Source: a virus
Direction: 5' to 3' (one strand)
DNA: 64,000 bases
IMG/VR virus record: IMGVR_UViG_3300021185_002414
Positions 57,889 through 64,000 of the stretch are shown here, in pieces (position 1 is the first letter of the stretch; every line of letters starts with the position of its first letter). Below the pieces are notes generated by a model. The model was not told the DNA's origin. It made no database searches and saw only the letters and a program-made list of their open reading frames with translations. A program made the translations under genes and the position numbers.

Positions 57889-59160
57889 ATGGCAGCACCA
57901 AAACGTAAAAAAACAACATCGCCACGTCGTGGTAATAAAAAAATTATGGCACCTAGTTTTGACAATTGGGAAAAATTAGACGGTGTCGAATTTCATCGGT
58001 TAAAGATGTCTGTAAATGATTTCTATTATAGGAACTTTAAGCATACTGATACTATTGAATGGTGTTTTCAATGGATGCGTGAAAATGAATATACTAAAGA
58101 GGATATTCAGAGTGCTAAAAAAGCAATTAAACATGAGCAAGTACTTGGTGTAAGATGTAAAATGCTATTAGACGGTTGCCCTGACTTTAATCAAAAAGAA
58201 GATGATTATTGGCAATCATGTGCTGGAACAGCTGGTAGCATCAAGCCTATGACAGAATGGATTATTTCTAAAATTGATACAGCTATTGATATTGGTAAAG
58301 ATATTATAGAAGAAAAAAAAGTTGAGGATAGTAAGAAGAAAAATATATATGTCCCTTCAATTAAAGAACGATTGCAAGATACATGCGGAGGCATGACTGA
58401 GTCTATTGAAGAATTTGTAGACGACTTTTGTAGAAATCCAGATAAAACACTCCTTAAGAAGTTTGAACCTATAAATATCTTGCGTAAATTAAATGCAAAG
58501 CCTGGACATGCACGTATTATTCGAAATTGGTATATTGCAGAGCTTAATGAATATGTTGAACTACTTAATCCCCCAACACCTGCACAAAAGAAAAAAATGA
58601 CAGAGCAGGAATTGGACTTTTTAGAACAGCTCAAAGAAGGTTACAGTCATCTGTCCAAAGCAGAAGCTAAGTTATTTTTAGAAATGTTTCAAAAGATTGT
58701 ATCAGCCTGTGATATTATTGAGAAAGAAGCAAAAATTACACGTAAGCCTCGTAAAGTAAAAGTCAAGAGTCCAGAAGATATTACAAAAAATGTAAAGTTT
58801 AAACTCAGCGATGCAACTTACGGTATTGCAAGTGTTCCGCCAGCCAAGATAGTAGGAGCAAATATTGCAGTAGTGTTTAATTGTAAAACCCGTAAATTGG
58901 GAATGTATTATGCAAGTAATGTAGATCCTAAAGGGTTAGGTCGACCAGGAAGTGGATTTAATGTAAAAGGTACTACTATACTAGGATTTGACGAAAATAA
59001 AAGTATACAACGTACTATACGTAAGCCCAGTGAGTTCTTGCCAACAATTAAGAAGTCATCACGTGCCAAAACAGAGAAAATGTTTGCTACTATCAAAACT
59101 ACTGAAACAAAAATGAATGGTAGGTTAAATAACGATATAGTAATTATGGCGGTATTTTAG
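57889..59160 (+). CDS. Hypothetical protein (basic termini)
   Basis: 423 aa; C-terminal FNCKTRKLGMY...KGTTILGF...RKP...NGRLN segment resembles hypothetical proteins of T4-like phages. Confidence 0.75.
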   Translation: MAAPKRKKTTSPRRGNKKIMAPSFDNWEKLDGVEFHRLKMSVNDFYYRNFKHTDTIEWCFQWMRENEYTKEDIQSAKKAIKHEQVLGVRCKMLLDGCPDFNQKEDDYWQSCAGTAGSIKPMTEWIISKIDTAIDIGKDIIEEKKVEDSKKKNIYVPSIKERLQDTCGGMTESIEEFVDDFCRNPDKTLLKKFEPINILRKLNAKPGHARIIRNWYIAELNEYVELLNPPTPAQKKKMTEQELDFLEQLKEGYSHLSKAEAKLFLEMFQKIVSACDIIEKEAKITRKPRKVKVKSPEDITKNVKFKLSDATYGIASVPPAKIVGANIAVVFNCKTRKLGMYYASNVDPKGLGRPGSGFNVKGTTILGFDENKSIQRTIRKPSEFLPTIKKSSRAKTEKMFATIKTTETKMNGRLNNDIVIMAVF

Positions 59161-59179
59161 AACATAAGGCAACAAAATC

Positions 59180-59788
59180 ATGATAAATTTAAGACGTAGT
59201 GATGTAGATCCAGAAGTTCTACTTAATCCAGGAGATGATCCTATTGGAATAATCATTGACTGCAAAGACAATGAAACAAAATGTAGGACATTTGAATTAG
59301 AATTATTCATGGCTGACTTATCAATGACAAGTTTAAAATACCATGGATTTAAAAACTTTGTATTATTTGAAGATAGAGATGACTTCGATATTGCAGTCAA
59401 CACATTAGAATGTAATGGAATCACAAAGGGCATTATTTTAAATGCTGGATGTATAGTAAACGGATTTTGTAAGGGACAAATATTAGACTTAGAACATATC
59501 ACTGCTTATAAAGTGGAAGATAAGGTTTATAGACAATATGTTGTTTTTGATGTAGAACAATATACATATTTTCAAATGCGAGGGGAATATCTTAAAAATG
59601 TTAGAGACTTGGTCAAAAATAAACCTGCACCTGAACTTGGAATACACTATCTGTATCCTACAGATGATAATGTTTTCTTTTATGACGATCTAATAGAACA
59701 AAAGCTACCAAATTTAGAAAAGCTACCAGATGAAGATTTAGATAGAGCTATTGATATAATTAGAGAAATTAAGCATTATGTAAAATAG
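59180..59788 (+). CDS. Hypothetical protein
   Basis: 202-aa ORF; no motif recognised. Confidence 0.65.
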   Translation: MINLRRSDVDPEVLLNPGDDPIGIIIDCKDNETKCRTFELELFMADLSMTSLKYHGFKNFVLFEDRDDFDIAVNTLECNGITKGIILNAGCIVNGFCKGQILDLEHITAYKVEDKVYRQYVVFDVEQYTYFQMRGEYLKNVRDLVKNKPAPELGIHYLYPTDDNVFFYDDLIEQKLPNLEKLPDEDLDRAIDIIREIKHYVK

Positions 59789-59820
59789 TATATCTGCTAA
59801 ATAGTAGTAGGAGATATATT

Positions 59821-60558
59821 ATGAGTGCAGTTTCTAAACTACAAAAAGAAATCGAACTTCGTTTAGGCGGAGGTATGGTAGACGTTGAACTAGATCCAGA
59901 ACATTATGAGCTGGCTATTAAGAAAAGTTTACAAAGGTACAGGCAAAGAGCGGAAAACTCTGTAGAAGAAAGTTTTATTGTTTTAGAACTTACAGCAGGT
60001 ACAAGTGAATATACTCTCCCTAAAGAAGTAGTAGAAGTTAAAGATATTTACAGACGTACTAGCGGTATTAGTAGCGGTACAGGTGCTAATATTGAACCAT
60101 TCCAAGCAGCATATATAAACACTTATCTACTAGGTTCAAGCAGACAGGGTGGTATGTCTACATATGACTTCTTACAACAAAACAGAGAAACAATGGGTAG
60201 ACTATTTGGTGCAGAACTAATGTTTACTTGGCGTCCTAGAGATAATAGACTTATTATTCAAAGACAAATTAGAGCAGATGACACTGTTATATTACATGCT
60301 TATAATTATAAGCCTGATGAATCAATTGTAGAAGATACTTACAGTGGACCATGGGTAGCAGATTATGCATTATGTCATGCAAAACTTATGATAGCAGAAG
60401 CACGTGGTAAATTTACACAGATTGCAGGCCCACAGGGTGGCACTACAATGAACGCAGACCAATTAAGGGCTGATGCACAAGCTGACATGGATAAGCTAGA
60501 ACAAGAGCTTACACTATACATGGATGGATCTGCTGGTTTAGGGTTTGTAATAGGATAA
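59821..60558 (+). CDS. Neck protein/head-tail adaptor, gp13-like
   Basis: IELRLGGGMVDVELDPEH...YTLP...WVADYALCHAKLMIAEARGKF...GGTTMNADQL; GCTAAATA at 59796-803. Confidence 0.8.
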   Translation: MSAVSKLQKEIELRLGGGMVDVELDPEHYELAIKKSLQRYRQRAENSVEESFIVLELTAGTSEYTLPKEVVEVKDIYRRTSGISSGTGANIEPFQAAYINTYLLGSSRQGGMSTYDFLQQNRETMGRLFGAELMFTWRPRDNRLIIQRQIRADDTVILHAYNYKPDESIVEDTYSGPWVADYALCHAKLMIAEARGKFTQIAGPQGGTTMNADQLRADAQADMDKLEQELTLYMDGSAGLGFVIG

Positions 60559-60563
60559 TTAGA

Positions 60564-60591
60564 TTGACAATCGTATATAATCGTATATAAT
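60564..60591 (+). promoter_or_regulatory. sigma70-type promoter containing a tandem TCGTATATAA repeat
   Basis: TTGACA-16 nt-TATAAT; 10-bp direct repeat at 60571-90. Confidence 0.6.
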
Positions 60592-60620
60592 TGTATGTAT
60601 AATTATAGTTAGGAATATAT

Positions 60621-61121
60621 ATGGAAAAGTTTAAACTGCTGGTCATAGGACATGGTAGACACGGAAAAGATACTGTTTGTGAAATATTAAGAGACAAATA
60701 TAATTATACTTTCGAGAGCAGTAGCAAGTTTTGTAGTAAACTTTTTATATATGATAATTTAAAAGACAAATACAATTATAAAGATGAAGAGCAATGTTAT
60801 GCTGATCGGCATAATCATCGTGCTGAATGGTATAACGCTATTTGCGATTATAATAATCCAGATGCTGCAACTCTTGGTCGAGAAATGTTTAAAGAATATG
60901 ACATTTATTGTGGCTTAAGAAATAAACGTGAATTTTTTGCAATGCAAAATACTGGTGTATTTGATTATGTAATATGGGTAGATAGATCCTTACATCTACC
61001 TCCAGAATCTACAGATAGTATGAGTCTAGAACAGTGGATGTCAGACTATACTATAGACAATAATGGCACTTTGCAAGACCTAGAATTTAATGTAGATCAA
61101 CTAGTAAACTTCTTAAATTAA
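60621..61121 (+). CDS. Deoxynucleoside monophosphate kinase-like P-loop protein
   Basis: IGHGRHGKDTV P-loop; ends TIDNNGTL. Confidence 0.75.
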   Translation: MEKFKLLVIGHGRHGKDTVCEILRDKYNYTFESSSKFCSKLFIYDNLKDKYNYKDEEQCYADRHNHRAEWYNAICDYNNPDAATLGREMFKEYDIYCGLRNKREFFAMQNTGVFDYVIWVDRSLHLPPESTDSMSLEQWMSDYTIDNNGTLQDLEFNVDQLVNFLN

Positions 61122-61220
61122 ACATATCGATAACTGCCCTGTTTTAGCGTATCTTAAATAAATACCATTAGATAAAACAAACATCCAAACGAAAATGGAT
61201 TATAAGTAAGGAGTCTAAAC

Positions 61221-63572
61221 ATGGCAAATCTTGTCTCGCCTGGCGTCCAGGTAACAGTAACAGACGAATCAGTATATGGCCCAGCTGGCGCCGGTACTGT
61301 ACCAATGCTTTTTATTGCTACAGGCCAGGATAAAATTGATCCTACAGGCACAGAAGCAGATGGCATTGCGAAATTTACAAAATCAACAAATGCAGGCAAA
61401 CCAGTCCTTGTAACATCACAAAGAGAACTAACACAGTACTTTGGTAACTGTGATTTCCGTACAGTTAGTGGAACAGTACAACAAGGTGATGAAACAAACG
61501 ATTACGGTTTATTAGCTGCATATTCTTTTCTAGGCCAAAGCGCAGGTGCATACATTGTACGTGCAAATGTAGATCTAGGAGCATTAAGACCGCTTTCAAC
61601 AGAACCAACAGGTCCTGCAGAAAGTGGAAGTTATTGGCTAAACCCTTCAGCAAGTAATTGGGGTATGTTCCAATATACATCAACTGGTTGGGTTGCAGTA
61701 ACACCTACGGTAGAAATAACAGATGGTTCAGCACCATCAGCAACAGTAGTTACAGACGGATATTTAGTAGCAGTTGCAGCAGCACCAGGATCAACACAAA
61801 TTCAATACTATAAAGAAAATAGTGGCGCATGGGTAGCAGAAACACCTACATTCGCACCACATTATAGCGAACCATCATCACCAAGCGTGGGCGATATTTG
61901 GGTTAAAACAACAAAACCAGGTAGTGGTGTAAGTATAAGTATTGCTGAAAATATGGCTGGCACATTTGTTGCTCACCCAATTAACTATGCAATGGCAACA
62001 GATCCAGCAGGTACAACATCAGATACATTCCAAGATGGTACAGCGGCTATAGCACGTACATTACAAGACGGTGATTTAACACTAGAAGTAGATGCATCAG
62101 CACTTGTTCTAAAATCATACGAATCAGGTGCTTGGGGAAATTTAGTTGTAACAGCATCAACAGCAGAGCCAACAGGTGCGGCAGTTGACGGCACAATGTG
62201 GTTTGATCCAGATCTAAATCAACTTGCAATTTATGAAGTTGGTAGCGATAACGGTACACAAAAATGGAAGCGTGTAACAAATGTTACGTATGCTACATCA
62301 GCACCAAGTGCAGGCAATGTAGGTAACTATTGGGTAGATACAGACGCTAACGGATATCCTGTAATTTACAGAGATAACGGCAGTGCATGGGTACTAAAAG
62401 ATAACACAGACCAAACAACATCAGGTGGTGTTGTATTTGGTGATATTACAGCAAATGATACAGCGGCAGGTGTATTTGAATCTGCATTAATAGCAGGTGC
62501 ACCAGATCCTCTACTACACCCAGTTGGTACAACAGGTATTAACATGTGTCGTTCAGGCGGTACAGTACGTATGTATGATACAAGCCTAGGCACAGCATGG
62601 AAATGGCGTAACCACGCAGGTAACCAAGCAAGTGGCGCAGGTTCATTTGGTCGTCATGCTCAGCGTAGAGTAGTAGTAACAGCAATGCAAGCAAGTGCAT
62701 CAGGATCAGAACTACGTGAAGATACAGTTAACTTCCGCTTAATTGCAGCACCAGGTTATCCAGAATTAATGGATGAAATGGTAGCACTAAACAGTGATAG
62801 AGATGAAACAGCATTTATTATTGTTGACTCACCGCTACGTATGAATCCAACAGATGCAGTATCATGGATCCAAGGTAACGGCGCAATTGAAAATGGCGAA
62901 GACGGACTAGTAACAAAGAACACATATGCAGCAGCATATTATCCAAGTTCACTAGCTACTGACCCAGTATCAGGTAATAGCGTAGTAGCACCAGCATCAC
63001 ACATAGCATTATATACATTCGCATATAATGATAATGTAAGTTTTCAGTGGTTTGCACCAGCAGGCTTAACACGTGGTGTAGTACAAAACGCAGCAAACGT
63101 AGGCTACCTAAATGCAGAGGACGAATTTGTTCCAGTAGCACTAACACAAGGTTCTCGTGATGCTATGTATGAAAAGAAACTTAACCCAATTGCAAACTTC
63201 CCAACAGATGGTGTAGTTGTATTTGGTCAGAAGTCTCTACATGCAGGAGCAAGCGCACTTGACCGTGTAAATGTTGCTCGTTTAACAGCATATCTAAGAG
63301 AACGTTTTGCAGTTATTGCAAGACCATTCTTGTTTGAAGCTAATGACGAAACAACACGTGCAAATGCAAAATCAACTTTTGAAGGTTTCCTAGCAAACAT
63401 TCTTAAGCAACGTGGTATTTACGACTTTGCAGTAGTGTGTGATGTAACTAACAACACACCTGCAAGAATTGATGCAAATGAATTTTATGTAGATGTAGCA
63501 ATTGAGCCTACAAAATCTGCAGAATTTATTTACATACCAATTCGTATTGTTAACACAGGCGAATTAGCATAA
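61221..63572 (+). CDS. gp18: Tail sheath protein
   Basis: LVSPGVQVTV, WFAPAGLTRG, RVNVARL, FEANDETTR, DVAIEPTKSAEFIYIPI. Confidence 0.95.
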   Translation: MANLVSPGVQVTVTDESVYGPAGAGTVPMLFIATGQDKIDPTGTEADGIAKFTKSTNAGKPVLVTSQRELTQYFGNCDFRTVSGTVQQGDETNDYGLLAAYSFLGQSAGAYIVRANVDLGALRPLSTEPTGPAESGSYWLNPSASNWGMFQYTSTGWVAVTPTVEITDGSAPSATVVTDGYLVAVAAAPGSTQIQYYKENSGAWVAETPTFAPHYSEPSSPSVGDIWVKTTKPGSGVSISIAENMAGTFVAHPINYAMATDPAGTTSDTFQDGTAAIARTLQDGDLTLEVDASALVLKSYESGAWGNLVVTASTAEPTGAAVDGTMWFDPDLNQLAIYEVGSDNGTQKWKRVTNVTYATSAPSAGNVGNYWVDTDANGYPVIYRDNGSAWVLKDNTDQTTSGGVVFGDITANDTAAGVFESALIAGAPDPLLHPVGTTGINMCRSGGTVRMYDTSLGTAWKWRNHAGNQASGAGSFGRHAQRRVVVTAMQASASGSELREDTVNFRLIAAPGYPELMDEMVALNSDRDETAFIIVDSPLRMNPTDAVSWIQGNGAIENGEDGLVTKNTYAAAYYPSSLATDPVSGNSVVAPASHIALYTFAYNDNVSFQWFAPAGLTRGVVQNAANVGYLNAEDEFVPVALTQGSRDAMYEKKLNPIANFPTDGVVVFGQKSLHAGASALDRVNVARLTAYLRERFAVIARPFLFEANDETTRANAKSTFEGFLANILKQRGIYDFAVVCDVTNNTPARIDANEFYVDVAIEPTKSAEFIYIPIRIVNTGELA

Positions 63573-63594
63573 ATTTATATAAAATAAACAGAAT

Positions 63595-63618
63595 AGGCTG
63601 CAATCATTGCAGCCTTTT
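63595..63618 (+). terminator. Intrinsic terminator after sheath gene
   Basis: AGGCTGCAA-TCA-TTGCAGCCT followed by TTT. Confidence 0.8.
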
Positions 63619-63648
63619 CTATGACTGGTAAATTTTTTTACCTTTTTG

Positions 63649-63656
63649 CATAAATA
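63649..63656 (+). promoter_or_regulatory. Late promoter motif CATAAATA for tail tube
   Basis: nnTAAATA upstream of AAGGAG RBS. Confidence 0.65.
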
Positions 63657-63706
63657 CATATAGAACAAATTACTATTAGATTATAGTATTCAAGGAGAAA
63701 TTAAAA

Positions 63707-64000
63707 ATGGCTGTAATTACAAACTTTGGCGTACCTACTGGAAGTACAGAAGGTACAACTCTTATGCCAAAACTACAATATCGTTTCCGTGTCACATTCA
63801 CAAGACTGGGCAATTCGGTAAATTCAGATGTTGTAACACAAAACGTAATTAGTGTATCAAGACCAAGCCTAACTCACGAAGAAGTCGTTGTTGATTCATA
63901 CAACTCAAAAATGTATCTTGCGGGTAAGCACACTTGGGAAACACTAACACTAACAATGCGTGATGACATGACATCAGAAGTTATTAAACAATTAGGCGGA
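63707..64000 (+). CDS. gp19: Tail tube protein, 5' part (truncated by window)
   Basis: Translated manually: MAVITNFGVPTGSTEGTTLMPKLQYRFRVTF...SRPSLTHEEVVVDSYNSKMYLAGKHTWETLTLTMRDD. Confidence 0.9.
   Translation, partial: MAVITNFGVPTGSTEGTTLMPKLQYRFRVTFTRLGNSVNSDVVTQNVISVSRPSLTHEEVVVDSYNSKMYLAGKHTWETLTLTMRDDMTSEVIKQLGG

Noticed and set aside
1-64000. Stop-codon reassignment as seen in some jumbo phages
   Set aside because: Conserved genes are full length in the standard code, and TAA, TAG and TGA all end genes.
1-64000. tRNA, tmRNA, RNase P or rRNA genes
   Set aside because: No cloverleaf with T-loop/CCA or conserved RNase P/tmRNA termini found in the intergenic gaps by eye; a tRNAscan/Infernal run would be definitive.

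Overview
The whole window is an AT-rich phage genome segment: the morphogenesis region of a large T4-like (jumbo-type) myovirus. It carries baseplate genes on the minus strand (1-9.6 kb), a sigma70-driven gp55 late sigma/gp47/gp46/Holliday resolvase operon, two paralogous tape-measure-like proteins with different peptidoglycan hydrolase domains, portal/scaffold/protease/major capsid genes, a long block of repeat-rich fibre genes, glycosyltransferase-like genes, neck/tail-completion genes, tail sheath and the start of tail tube. I found no tRNA, rRNA, CRISPR array, integrase or transposase. The standout is an accessory island directly after the major capsid gene (27.8-32.3 kb). It encodes a PiT-like transporter, a ferritin-like diiron protein, a glutamine amidotransferase and a vanadium-dependent haloperoxidase of the algal/cyanobacterial bromoperoxidase type, three of them behind late-promoter motifs. 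A free-standing ~200-nt RNA with its own sigma70 promoter and terminator follows and folds as a 6S-like rod. Other notable items: a ~500-nt structured intergenic region at 14.1-14.6 kb, a candidate -1 frameshift in a tail-chaperone gene pair, a phage-borne SbmA transporter and a stand-alone LigA domain Ia. All calls come from motif recognition and manual folding; no database searches were run.
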